Shown here piece by piece: positions 51,094 through 60,138 of a stretch of DNA of 64,000 bases. Source of the stretch: Candidatus Doudnabacteria bacterium (GTDB lineage Bacteria > Patescibacteriota > Doudnabacteria > UBA920 > VMFF01); the NCBI GenBank assembly GCA_028286905.1, contig JAQBQP010000002.1, positions 383,430 to 447,429 on the forward strand. Reading direction: 5' to 3'. The notes beneath the pieces were generated by a model. It did no database searches. It was given only the letters and a program-made list of their open reading frames with translations, and was not told the DNA's origin. The stretch's first letter is position 1. Every line of letters starts with the position of its first letter. The position numbers were made by a program, and so were the translations under genes.

Positions 51094-51588
51094 ATGCGTA
51101 TCTCTCGGAACAGTCTTGCCTACCGCATAGCCTTCGCCTTTGAGGACGAGAAACCCTCCCAGGTCGGGCTCTGCGAGCTTTGCTGGAGCGTCATTCTTAG
51201 CCCTATGGCACTCTTGTTCCACGGCGCGAAGATGGCGTGGCTGTACTTCTGGGGCCTTTTCATCGCTTGCAAACCAATCGGTACTGAAACGCGTTACGTC
51301 GGGCGATCATATGCGTCCCCCGATGGGTACGCCAAGATGACCCTCTGGGAGACCTACCCCCGGTGGCCGAAGATCCACGGAATCGTGACTCGTCCGGTGT
51401 ACCTGATCGGCGCGCTCGGCGGACTGGTCTTCCTCTACGTCACCTGGAAGATCCTCATCGGCATCGGCGCCTTCATGCTTCTGCTATTCTCGATTACCGC
51501 AGGAGTCGAAGGTTTGGAGAAACTCTACAACGGTCTCTACAACGCAGCCAACAGGAAAGGGCTGTGCCCGGTGGTGGAAGTGAAATGA
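51094..51588 (+). CDS. Hypothetical polytopic membrane protein in a GC-rich cassette
   Basis: 164 aa with about 4 transmembrane helices; local GC is about 58%, against about 38% in adjacent units. Confidence 0.5.
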   Translation: MRISRNSLAYRIAFAFEDEKPSQVGLCELCWSVILSPMALLFHGAKMAWLYFWGLFIACKPIGTETRYVGRSYASPDGYAKMTLWETYPRWPKIHGIVTRPVYLIGALGGLVFLYVTWKILIGIGAFMLLLFSITAGVEGLEKLYNGLYNAANRKGLCPVVEVK

Positions 51589-51611
51589 AGCAACGCTTCA
51601 ATGCGTGCAGA

Positions 51612-51645
51612 AAGCGCGGTGCCCCAAGGTGCCGCGCTTTTCTGA
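51612..51645 (+). terminator. Intrinsic terminator
   Basis: AAAGCGCGGTGCC-CCAA-GGTGCCGCGCTTTTCTG. Confidence 0.65.
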
Positions 51646-51664
51646 TAAATTTTTTACAATTGTC

Positions 51665-51698
51665 CTTCCAACTTCGTCCCATGTCCGCAGCCAATACT
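51665..51698 (+). repeat. Cassette-junction motif copy M2
   Basis: CTTCCAACTTCGTCCCATGTCCGCAGCCAATAC, followed by a weak hairpin and TGTTATACT. Confidence 0.75.
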
Positions 51699-51753
51699 TT
51701 TAATCGCCTAATAAGCGGTTTTTTGTTATACTTAGAACAATTAAATGACAATA

Positions 51754-52307
51754 TGAAAAAACTATTTTTATCAATCTTTGCCTTAGGATTAATCGGAGCG
51801 GGTTGCAACCAACAAACTGCTACGCCCACAACAAATAATCAACCTGAAAAAACCGTCTCCATCCCGGCTAGCAACACAACCACTTATGACGCTAAAGATT
51901 TTCAATTTCAAATATCTTACCCTAAAGACTGGACCGTTACACCCGCATCGGAAGCAGACCATGTAAAAGTAGGTTATCAATTTTCAAACTTCAAAAACAA
52001 CGAAACAGACTTTTACACGCTTGTAGTGACCAAAGAGCCAAACACTTTTACTCAACTTACCGGGTCTACAAAAGTTAAGTTACCTAACGGAATGGATGCA
52101 ACAGAGTATGACAATAAGTACGATAACCGGGTTACCGAACAAGTATTCCATATTCAACAAACTGGCTACTATTACACCCTAAGCTTTCAAGTACACCACG
52201 CTATTCCTAGCGATGGTACGGTAAATCCACCAGCTTTAAGCGCAGAAGACCTAACTGTTAGAGATTCACTTATCGCTTCATTTAAAATGACAGCTTCTTC
52301 AAGGTAA
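51754..52307 (+). CDS. Lipoprotein
   Basis: MKKLFLSIFALGLIGAGC signal peptide with a lipobox. The long 51363-52307 ORF in the track is a read-through artefact crossing the junction motif. Confidence 0.65.
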
Positions 52308-52321
52308 CCTCGTTAACTTCT

Positions 52322-52355
52322 GTTCCAACTTCGTCCCACAATTGCAGCAATGACC
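52322..52355 (+). repeat. Cassette-junction motif copy M3 (variant 3' half)
   Basis: GTTCCAACTTCGTCCCACAATTGCAGCAATGACC. Confidence 0.7.
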
Positions 52356-52454
52356 TTCATCTGGGATGTTTGTGCGGGAGCGTCAGCGAAGGCAAAAATA
52401 CTTTTTCGAAACTAAAAAATCGTCTCCATGACGATTTTTTGATATACTCAGCTC

Positions 52455-53267
52455 ATGTCAGAAATTCCACATCTTGATAGAGCCATTGGCCTTCCTTCTT
52501 CTGAAAGTCATGCCCAGGAAGAGTACGAATCCCATATTAGAGAAATTTATGAAACCAGGGGCGTAAATCCTTATGAAAATTTTGAATTGCCTAAAACAGA
52601 ACGCGACAAAGAGATCATTGATTTTGTTCAACAATCTTTGGATCAGTATCTTGCTATTTATAATCGTGAAAAAATAGTGAGCGTACCTGTTTCTAAAATT
52701 CATATTTTTTCAGAGAATGGAGTCAAGGACTTCACGAATGGTAATGTAGAAAAAGGATCTGCAGCTATAAAATTTGGGAGTATGCTAGTAGAGAGGCCTG
52801 CTTCAGATATACAGTTTGCGCTTAACGTTTTTCATGAGATGGTTCATTTAAAGTCGTACTCAGCGGTTCAAATAGTCAACCAACCAGAGGGACTGGAAAT
52901 AATTAACTATCGTTCAGGTTTTTCAGTTACAAGTCGCGAGGGTAAAAATTTATATTTTCAAGATTTAGAAGAAGGAGTGATTGGATTTCTCGTAAGAAGA
53001 TTTTACCAAGAACATGTTCAAAATAATACGATATTCTCCGAAAAGAGAGCCATGTACAACTATTCCAGAGATGAGGAGTATGGGAAATTGGAAGCTCTGA
53101 TCCAGGATCTTTGGGAAAAGAATCAAGATAAATTCGAAAATATAAAATCAATTTGGGATATTTTTATTAATACACAGTTGAATGGGAATTTATTACCAAT
53201 TGGTCGCTTAATTGAATCTACCTATGGTAAAGGATCATTTCGCAAACTAGGTGAAAATAATTTATAA
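52455..53267 (+). CDS. Hypothetical protein with HExxH motif (putative zinc metallopeptidase)
   Basis: 270 aa with the VFHEMVHLKSY motif. It is preceded by the AAAAAATCGTCTCCATGACGATTTTTTGATATACT module; the -10 ends about 7 nt before the ATG, so the mRNA may be leaderless. Confidence 0.5.
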   Translation: MSEIPHLDRAIGLPSSESHAQEEYESHIREIYETRGVNPYENFELPKTERDKEIIDFVQQSLDQYLAIYNREKIVSVPVSKIHIFSENGVKDFTNGNVEKGSAAIKFGSMLVERPASDIQFALNVFHEMVHLKSYSAVQIVNQPEGLEIINYRSGFSVTSREGKNLYFQDLEEGVIGFLVRRFYQEHVQNNTIFSEKRAMYNYSRDEEYGKLEALIQDLWEKNQDKFENIKSIWDIFINTQLNGNLLPIGRLIESTYGKGSFRKLGENNL

Positions 53268-53291
53268 TTATTTATTAATTGATCTATTTCA

Positions 53292-53327
53292 GTTTCCGAC
53301 TTCGTCCCCCAATCGCAGCCAGAAATT
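53292..53327 (+). repeat. Cassette-junction motif copy M4
   Basis: GTTTCCGACTTCGTCCCCCAATCGCAGCCAGAAATT, followed by the ATCGCC hairpin and TGTTAAACT (53328-53358). Confidence 0.75.
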
Positions 53328-53384
53328 AAATCGCCGAGCAGGCGATTTTTTGTTAAACTTAATATGTAATTAAGCAGAGCATTT

Positions 53385-53870
53385 ATGAAAAACATCAAAA
53401 CCAATCCCGCACTAAAGGATCTTGAATTACTTATTGGACATTGGACAACAGAGCTATCGAACGCTTCGTTTCTCAATGACCGATCAGCTGTCCTACAAGG
53501 CAATGCCTCTTTCGAATGGTTTGGGGACGGAGATTTTCTGGTTTTATACCAAGGGACAAAAAATGTCGATGCGGCGTGGGCGACATGGATTATCGGCCGA
53601 GATCAAGACACATCGGACTACACTATTCTTTATTTTGACGATCGACGTTTTTCTCGTGTCTACGAAATGAGCTTTAAAAAAGGCGTTTGGAAAATATGGC
53701 GTAATTCTCCAAAATTTATACAAAGCTTTAAGGGCGTAATAAGTAAGGATAAAAAAACAATCACGGGGCGCTGGAGAAAATCATCTGACGGAAAGCGTTG
53801 GGAACACGATTTTGATTTAGTCTATAAAAGAGTTAGCACAAAAAAGAAATTAACGTCAAAAAAGAGATAG
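53385..53870 (+). CDS. Hypothetical protein
   Basis: 161 aa soluble protein with a Lys-rich C-terminal tail. Confidence 0.55.
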   Translation: MKNIKTNPALKDLELLIGHWTTELSNASFLNDRSAVLQGNASFEWFGDGDFLVLYQGTKNVDAAWATWIIGRDQDTSDYTILYFDDRRFSRVYEMSFKKGVWKIWRNSPKFIQSFKGVISKDKKTITGRWRKSSDGKRWEHDFDLVYKRVSTKKKLTSKKR

Positions 53871-53911
53871 TCTTTTTTACCTCCATGTGCTTTATTAGAT
53901 CCGAGCTAACC

Positions 53912-53945
53912 GTTCCAACTTCGTCCCATCTCCGCAGCCAATACC
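53912..53945 (+). repeat. Cassette-junction motif copy M5
   Basis: GTTCCAACTTCGTCCCATCTCCGCAGCCAATACC. Confidence 0.75.
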
Positions 53946-54067
53946 GCTAGATCTAAGCCAAGCCGCTTGATTGTCGTAAAGATAGGTCTGTGCTAAAATT
54001 CTCGCAGTATTAGAAGGAGGAGTTCAAGCAGACAATATCCCCTCCTTAGCCCTTAACTAAGACCACA

Positions 54068-55156
54068 ATGCCTGAGAGATTTTTCGGAGATTTTCACGAT
54101 CAAAAGAACCCCATCAATCCAGAGAAAGTTGAGACTCACCATCGAATGGTTGTAGAATCCGCTCTAGAAGGACCTGAGGGCGAACATGCTCAATTGAGTA
54201 TCGCCTTAGATCAAGATGGCGTAGCCCGTAGGGTCAACTTCTGGGATCTGGATAAGACCTTGCTCCGAGCTGAACCGATACACGCTGTGGCTGTTACGGA
54301 GATCTTCCCGCACGTTCAGGATGTTGATGAACTGCGAAAGATCTACTTTGCAGGTTTCAAACTCGGCAATTCATTTCGAGAATGGGACCGGATGCACCGT
54401 ATTTACACTGAGGGTCAAAACCGCTTCAAGGACCCACAAGTGTACTTCGACGAAGTGATCGCAGCGGACAGCGAACGCCGCAAGGTAGACGAAGAAGGAA
54501 ACCCAACGCACGAGCGAGCTAACGACACGCTTCAGCGTTATGGCAAGATCGCCTATCAGCTCATGGCTGATCGACGGACTCAGGAAACCGAGGAAGGAAC
54601 ACCAAGCTTTTTCGAGAGCAACGGATTCCAACTGGAAGCCGCAGTACATCTGCTCCGCGCAAAATCGCGTATGGGCGAGGTTCATGTTTTTATGACCGCG
54701 AACCAGCAAGATTTCGCTCGGGCGTTAGTAGCGTTCTCTGGCTTATACAAGCATGGAATGTTCTTGGCCACAGATGAAACAATGGTTGGAGGCGGTAAAG
54801 ATATCGCGATCTTGAAGCTCATCGCGCAAATCGAGGCTCAAGGGATAAAGGTTCCTCGACACGACAAGCGTAGACTCGTAGTCTACGGCGACTCAGCTAC
54901 TGGAGATATCGGTAGCAGCAGCAAGATTACCGCTGCACATCCTGAGTTTCAATTCTCGGGCGGGCTGGTCACCGATGATCTTGCAGGAGTAGAAGACTGG
55001 AAACGCAAGATCAAGGAAGAAGAAGGTCTTCCCGAAGCCAAGCAACAGTTGACCGGAATATTTCGCACTGTCGACACCATCACACTTCCCAACGAAGACA
55101 TCGCTCGAAGCGAACGCGGAGTGCACAAGCTCGGTAAGAAACGTTCCCAGGTTTAG
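54068..55156 (+). CDS. HAD-superfamily hydrolase-like protein (GC-rich cassette)
   Basis: 362 aa with HAD motif I FWDLDKTLL and motif IV VYGDSATGD. The segment 54.0-58.6 kb has about 55% GC. Confidence 0.5.
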   Translation: MPERFFGDFHDQKNPINPEKVETHHRMVVESALEGPEGEHAQLSIALDQDGVARRVNFWDLDKTLLRAEPIHAVAVTEIFPHVQDVDELRKIYFAGFKLGNSFREWDRMHRIYTEGQNRFKDPQVYFDEVIAADSERRKVDEEGNPTHERANDTLQRYGKIAYQLMADRRTQETEEGTPSFFESNGFQLEAAVHLLRAKSRMGEVHVFMTANQQDFARALVAFSGLYKHGMFLATDETMVGGGKDIAILKLIAQIEAQGIKVPRHDKRRLVVYGDSATGDIGSSSKITAAHPEFQFSGGLVTDDLAGVEDWKRKIKEEEGLPEAKQQLTGIFRTVDTITLPNEDIARSERGVHKLGKKRSQV

Positions 55157-55241
55157 GTATTGAACTGTATAAGAACAACTTTACAACCGGCGGTCTCCAT
55201 TAGGAAACTGCCGGTTGTTGTTTTTCATGTTCTCTAATAAT

Positions 55242-55275
55242 AGTTCCAACTTCGCCCATGTCCGCAGCCAATACC
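55242..55275 (+). repeat. Cassette-junction motif copy M6 (inside the GC-rich segment)
   Basis: GTTCCAACTTCGCCCATGTCCGCAGCCAATACCA. Confidence 0.75.
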
Positions 55276-55339
55276 AGAACTCAAATGTCGCCGAAGCACG
55301 CAGCAATGACCATAATTGGATTCACAAAAAATATGTTAA

Positions 55340-55527
55340 GATTTTGAAGATGAAATAACTTTAGGCCAGCTTGGTGCTTTACCCTATCCTGAATTGCATC
55401 AATTTACAAAAGAATATTCTAAACGTGTCAGCGAAGAAGCTCATATCTGGCTACGTGAAAAGGGAATGAAAATACAGATCTTTACAGTCAAATATCCTAC
55501 TGCTATACTCAGGCATAACTTGAATGA
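55340..55527 (+). pseudogene. Possible gene remnant (ORF fragment lacking a start codon)
   Basis: A 62-codon open frame ...LGQLGALPYPELHQFTKEYSKRVSEEAHIWLREKGMKIQIFTVKYPTAILRHNLNEDE* that begins right after a stop, with no ATG/GTG/TTG near its start; AT-rich DNA embedded in the GC-rich segment. Confidence 0.2.
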
Positions 55528-55563
55528 GGACGAATAAAAACCACCTTCTCAGAGAGGCGTAAA

Positions 55564-57558
55564 ATGAAGAAACGCTCTCCGAACGGTGGAGCGCTTAGTA
55601 TTAGAGAGGTGTTGGCCACCCAGACGGAGTTGGAACTGATAAATCGTTTCCTAGGCGGCGAAGAACGCGCCTTTCAGGAACTTGTTGAGCGTTATCAGAC
55701 TAGACTTCTGAACTTCATCTATCGCACAATCGGCGACAGAGAGAAGGCGGAAGACCTTGTCCAAGAAACGTTCATACGAATTTACCGCCATCTGCATCGC
55801 TTTGACCGCGACAAGAAGTTTTCGACTTGGGCCTACACGATCGCATCGAACCTGGCGAAGAACGAACTCCGAAATCGTTCGCGGAATCCGCTCGTCCTAT
55901 TTCAGACAATCCAAGGAAATTGGGAAGATGAGGATCGGCCTCTGCAATTCGAAGATACCCAAGCACGCCCAGACGACATGTTCAACAAACGTCATCTTCG
56001 CGAGTTGGTTGACGATGCAGTAGCCTTACTCCCCGTGCATCACCGCTCTGTGTTCATAATGCGAGAGTTGGAGGGCAAGAGCTATGAAGAGATTGCCGAC
56101 GAAACCGACACAAACCTTGGGACAGTGAAGTCCAGGTTGAACCGGGCTAGGAACGCTTTCGCAGAACTGATCGAAGATCATATCGAGCAAGAGGAATTTT
56201 CACAGTCCAAACCCCTCCCTCCCAACGGAGCGCTGACAATGCCCATAGAAACGGCTATCAGACCTACTCAGCCCTCCGCAAACGGAACGGCTCCGGATGG
56301 TCTTAGGGACACACTGCGAGGTGTGTTCATGTGGTGGCTGGATTTGGAGAACGCGCATATCGTTTTTCAGATTCTGAAACCGCCGAAGAAGTTCGACGAT
56401 TTCGCAAACATTTTTTCGCAAATCCGCGCCGAAATTTGGCAAAGAAATGCGAAAAGAGCTTTGCCGCCAACGTCCCTGATGACGAAGGCGCTGCCCGTGA
56501 TAAAGCAGATTGCGGAGCGAGCCAAGCAGATGCGACTCCCGAATGTTCCCGCCGTACCCGGAAGCGAGCCTGAAACACTCCAACCCCCCGACAACGATAT
56601 GAGCGGTAAATATTCCGGAAGCAACAACCGTCGGCGCGTCGAGAGTGAGTCAGCCGTCGTCAAGCGGCCCCAGACCAAGGACGAACTGGAACACGAAAAA
56701 GCGCGGATCCGCGCTAAGCTCGTCGAATACCTGGGCAGACCGGCGAACTGGGAAGTTCTTCAGAGCACCACCTACTCGCATTTCTGCAAATCAGCCGGAA
56801 TGAGTCTGGCGCGCAATGAATTCAACATCATGTTCTCCGAAGTCAACGCCGAGCTCAAGCAGCTAAGAAGAACGGTGCGCGCGGCATCGACGAACGGTTC
56901 TGCGCCGCACGTTGAGCCCGCTAGTTCTGTCGTTGGCATAATCGCGCCGGCGACACCAGCTGTACCAATCGCGCTCGTAACACCACCATCGCCGGCAAAC
57001 ACTTCAGCCAACACGACAATGCCAGCAAAGATCGTCTGGCTAGCTGAGAATGGTAAGCATGGTCAGATGTACGCCGCCGACAGAATTCAGTTGGAATCCA
57101 TGCTCAGCAAGTTGCTAGTCGCCGAGCCTACGATCACCGTGCAAAAGGCCTACTCTCACCTGAAACCTCCGGTGAGTGAGGTTACTTTCAAGAAGCACTT
57201 CGCGGCTGCACAGTCACGTCTTGCCCCTTCGGCGGATGCCGAAGAAGTTGTAGCAACGGAAGCGCTTCCGGTCTTCGAACCCGAAGCAGCGGCCGAGACA
57301 ACAAAGGCAGAAGTGCCGACAATTGCCGAAGTCACTTCGGCCACGACGATCGAAGCCGCAGAGCCAGCAACGACGGTCGAAGATGCGCCAGCAAAGCAGG
57401 CTCGCAAGAGCATTCGGCTTCGTAGCGATGAAGTGTTCTTCCGAGCCGTACCGAACGATGATGGTACTTGGGCAGTAGAACAGCACTACCGGAGCCTGGA
57501 CGCCCTGACCATGCTAAAGATGTTGGAGCTGGCCGCCCAGCTTATGACCCAGGCGTAA
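55564..57558 (+). CDS. ECF-type sigma-70 family factor with a roughly 460 aa Ala/Pro/Thr-rich C-terminal extension
   Basis: N-terminal sigma region 2 (LVERYQTRLLNFIYRTIGDREKAEDLVQETFIRIY) and region 4 (RELEGKSYEEIADETDTNLGTVKSRLNRAR); about 58% GC. Confidence 0.8.
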   Translation: MKKRSPNGGALSIREVLATQTELELINRFLGGEERAFQELVERYQTRLLNFIYRTIGDREKAEDLVQETFIRIYRHLHRFDRDKKFSTWAYTIASNLAKNELRNRSRNPLVLFQTIQGNWEDEDRPLQFEDTQARPDDMFNKRHLRELVDDAVALLPVHHRSVFIMRELEGKSYEEIADETDTNLGTVKSRLNRARNAFAELIEDHIEQEEFSQSKPLPPNGALTMPIETAIRPTQPSANGTAPDGLRDTLRGVFMWWLDLENAHIVFQILKPPKKFDDFANIFSQIRAEIWQRNAKRALPPTSLMTKALPVIKQIAERAKQMRLPNVPAVPGSEPETLQPPDNDMSGKYSGSNNRRRVESESAVVKRPQTKDELEHEKARIRAKLVEYLGRPANWEVLQSTTYSHFCKSAGMSLARNEFNIMFSEVNAELKQLRRTVRAASTNGSAPHVEPASSVVGIIAPATPAVPIALVTPPSPANTSANTTMPAKIVWLAENGKHGQMYAADRIQLESMLSKLLVAEPTITVQKAYSHLKPPVSEVTFKKHFAAAQSRLAPSADAEEVVATEALPVFEPEAAAETTKAEVPTIAEVTSATTIEAAEPATTVEDAPAKQARKSIRLRSDEVFFRAVPNDDGTWAVEQHYRSLDALTMLKMLELAAQLMTQA

Positions 57559-57596
57559 ACAAACAACCCAAAGGAGAAACAGGAGAAAAACGAAAA

Positions 57597-57633
57597 CTCC
57601 GGCACCGATCTAATCGATGTCGGAGTTTTTTTC
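57597..57633 (+). terminator. Intrinsic terminator after the sigma-factor gene
   Basis: CTCCGGCACCGATCTAATCGATGTCGGAG followed by TTTTTTTC. Confidence 0.65.
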
Positions 57634-57708
57634 TTAATAACGCTTTGGCGTGCATGGACTCAACTGCACTAAAGAAGCTTAAAAAAATATTCAGTAAAAA
57701 AACAAAGC

Positions 57709-57749
57709 ACCGCGGTATACTTCGACAATTTGTCGAAGTATACCGCGGT
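57709..57749. terminator. Perfect 41 bp palindrome (20 bp arms) between convergent genes
   Basis: ACCGCGGTATACTTCGACAA-T-TTGTCGAAGTATACCGCGGT, with a T-tract on the minus-strand side. Confidence 0.6.
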
Positions 57750-57754
57750 AGCGC

Positions 57755-58618
57755 TTAGCAGGACGCCCTGGCCCTTTGGTGGGATGAGCGTTTTCTTCTT
57801 TCCTCCGTTCTTTTGATTTCCCCTTTCGTCGCCGGACGCGGGAAGCTTGGCACTTCCTGCTGGAACGACCAGATCGTTTCCGCGAATCCGGTCAGATTGT
57901 ACACTCGCGAGGCGACCGAGCGAGCCTGCCCTTTGAATGCACCAACAACGGCATGAACCATACCGGCCGTCAGCTCTTCACAGGACGCCTTCATAAGCGA
58001 CCCACTGAAGCTCTGCTGAACGACATAGCGAACTTCACGTTCGTTCAGAAAGTCACGCCCTGGGACATACAGAACGTCCAGATCGCCTTCGAACGAACCG
58101 TCATAGCCGCCGCAGATCGCATCGTCAACGAGCTGAGCGTTGACGGAAAGCCGCTTCAGCGAAATGACACGCGAGCCCTGCTTCGGCCTGAACTGCGCTG
58201 GCAGCGTACCCCACTGACCAACAGCACGACCCTGATCGTGAGGCGTGCGAACTTCCGCGTGCACGCCGACCAGCCGATCGCCAATCTCCCCCCTGGAGAG
58301 GCGGACGATGGACTTGGCCAGCCGATCATTGGTATCGTCAGGCCTTACCATCTGAACGAAGCTGATGAAGCTCCGGTTGTCGACAACGAAGCCAGAGGAG
58401 TCTGGCCAGGCCGTCAGAGAGACGTTGACCATGTACTGGTCGTCCTCGACGTCTGAACCAATACGCCCCCTCGTATCTCGAGAGACTGGAAAGTCCTTCA
58501 AGTACAAGGTCACCGGCGCAGAACCTTTTGGTTGCACTGCAACCTCCAGTTGAAAGTGATCGCCTAAGCTTTGGCGATATAGAAGAGTAGCATATAACTG
58601 CCCTTTTTTCAAGTTCAA
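57755..58618 (-). CDS. Hypothetical protein (GC-rich cassette)
   Basis: 287 aa ORF at about 58% GC, convergent with the sigma-factor gene. Many overlapping ORFs in this region are GC-driven artefacts. Confidence 0.5.
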   Translation of the reverse strand: MNLKKGQLYATLLYRQSLGDHFQLEVAVQPKGSAPVTLYLKDFPVSRDTRGRIGSDVEDDQYMVNVSLTAWPDSSGFVVDNRSFISFVQMVRPDDTNDRLAKSIVRLSRGEIGDRLVGVHAEVRTPHDQGRAVGQWGTLPAQFRPKQGSRVISLKRLSVNAQLVDDAICGGYDGSFEGDLDVLYVPGRDFLNEREVRYVVQQSFSGSLMKASCEELTAGMVHAVVGAFKGQARSVASRVYNLTGFAETIWSFQQEVPSFPRPATKGEIKRTEERRKRSSHQRARASC

Positions 58619-58635
58619 GTGTGTTGGTAAAAACA

Positions 58636-58660
58636 GTTCGATTTTTTGTTATACTTTATA
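58636..58660 (+). promoter_or_regulatory. Right half of the hairpin/extended -10 module (CAGTTCGATTTTTTGTTATACTTTATAT) followed by an orphan ATG and junction motif M7
   Basis: Module order is inverted relative to the other junctions: module, then ATG, then motif. Confidence 0.4.
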
Positions 58661-58680
58661 TATGAAACCGACACTAAACT

Positions 58681-58707
58681 TGTTCCAACTTCGCCCATGT
58701 CCGCAGC
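58681..58707 (+). repeat. Cassette-junction motif copy M7 (3'-truncated)
   Basis: GTTCCAACTTCGCCCATGTCCGCAGCA, after which similarity ends. Confidence 0.7.
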
Positions 58708-58777
58708 ATAAAAAAAGTACACCGCTATCATGATGTACTTTTTATTTCACTTACTTTTTGTAAAAGTTAATCAATAC

Positions 58778-59545
58778 CTAACCTAATTTTGTAATAGCTG
58801 TTTCCATTTCATCTAACATATATTGTCCCTCTGTCGGGTATTCTGCCAACGCTTTTTGAAATAGCGGAAAGTAGATTTCTCTTGTTTCAGCAACAATTCT
58901 TCGCTGCTTTTCAGGGGTTGTTCCAGCCAAACTTCTTAAATTGTGCAGCCTGTCAGCCATTTTAGCTAATATAGTTTTTGCAGGAGCGTTGCTCAAGTTT
59001 TCAATATAAAAATGATGGGCTTCTGCTTTAGTCTTTAATTCTTGTCCATCAACTTTTGGCTTTGTCAAAGTGATAACTATGTCAGCAACCTGTGAATTGA
59101 AAACCTTCCTCAAGCGAAACTCAGCAACCTCTTTCCATTTAGAGTAAGCTTGGGTTGCATTTCCAAACATAGCTGAATCTTCAACTGAATCATGTAAAAG
59201 ACATGCGATAATTAAATCTGGATCTTTAATTTTGCACTCATCAATTAAAATTAAGGCTACCGCTCTTAAGTGTTCAAAGTAACGCTCACCGGTATCACGC
59301 TCATGCGGGCGATGAGCTTCTTTACCCAAATCGTAAGCAAAATCAATTGTATTGATGACTTCTATTGGCAAGCCTTCTAATCTTTTGAGAAAGCTAGCTC
59401 GATTTTCCAATTCTACTTTTTCGTATTCTGCTTCAACCGGATTACTAATGCGCGCGGCCTCCTCATCTTCTATAAAAGGATGGTTTATTTCCTTGCCCTC
59501 CCCCGCTGATTGAGCCGCGAGTCTTGCCTCAATATTTTGATCCAT
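58778..59545 (-). CDS. HD-domain (p)ppGpp hydrolase-like protein (RelA/SpoT hydrolase-domain-only, small alarmone hydrolase type)
   Basis: 255 aa with HD motifs RYFEHLRAVALIL, LLHDSVEDS and MADRLHNLRSL as in the SpoT hydrolase domain; no synthetase domain. Confidence 0.7.
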   Translation of the reverse strand: MDQNIEARLAAQSAGEGKEINHPFIEDEEAARISNPVEAEYEKVELENRASFLKRLEGLPIEVINTIDFAYDLGKEAHRPHERDTGERYFEHLRAVALILIDECKIKDPDLIIACLLHDSVEDSAMFGNATQAYSKWKEVAEFRLRKVFNSQVADIVITLTKPKVDGQELKTKAEAHHFYIENLSNAPAKTILAKMADRLHNLRSLAGTTPEKQRRIVAETREIYFPLFQKALAEYPTEGQYMLDEMETAITKLG

Positions 59546-59667
59546 ACTTGTAAGTTAATTTATACAATTATTATAGCTTTTTTTGAATCTACGTGCTAAC
59601 CTTCGCCTTTATAACCTCAAGCAGTATTTTAATCGCCTCTAAGGCTATTTTTTGATATAGTTTAGAC

Positions 59668-60138
59668 ATGAATGAAAATAGAGAAAATCAGCGAGAAATA
59701 GGGACCAATCCTTTCTGGGTTCGGCCAAACCCAGAAAAGGAGCAAGGAGAAATTCAAAGGGCTGTTCAAGAATTTCTGAAAGTACAGCCCAGTGGAGAGG
59801 TACTCCAACAAGTTATCGATCAGATTAATATATCTCCAATTGTTGATCTTGCCGATGATACCTGGAGCCTTTTGGAAAACACAGACTCTTACGACATCAG
59901 ACCAGGATTTCTAGAAGATGCTGAAAACCTAACTGAAGAATATAATTCCCAATTATCTGTAGAAAATAAGCGTAACTTTAAAGCATTGGTTCAAGGCTTT
60001 AAAAGAAACCAACCGATGGAAGTCCCTATAATCATAAAAAGTAATGATCGACTTCATTTACTGAGCGGTAATACTCGCCTTATGATTTCGAGAGCGTTAT
60101 CCATTAAACCGAAGGTTATTATTGCAGAGCTTCCATAA
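59668..60138 (+). CDS. Hypothetical protein
   Basis: 156 aa acidic soluble protein. Confidence 0.5.
   Translation: MNENRENQREIGTNPFWVRPNPEKEQGEIQRAVQEFLKVQPSGEVLQQVIDQINISPIVDLADDTWSLLENTDSYDIRPGFLEDAENLTEEYNSQLSVENKRNFKALVQGFKRNQPMEVPIIIKSNDRLHLLSGNTRLMISRALSIKPKVIIAELP

Noticed and set aside
51363-52307. 314 aa ORF-track protein spanning 51363-52307
   Set aside because: It reads through junction motif M2 and an intrinsic terminator. The real gene is the lipoprotein starting at the Met at 51754; the upstream part is non-coding.
27087-54490. Shared 16-mer AGCGAACGCCGCAAGG at 27087 and 54472
   Set aside because: About one such coincidence is expected by chance in 64 kb on two strands, and the flanks show no extended similarity.
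56200-57486. Multiple overlapping ORFs on both strands inside the ECF sigma gene (56200-56583, 56327-56578, 56367-56678, 56772-57014, 57156-57413, 57214-57486, 56331-56573)
   Set aside because: Artefacts of high GC content within a single long coding sequence with clear sigma-70 regions 2 and 4.
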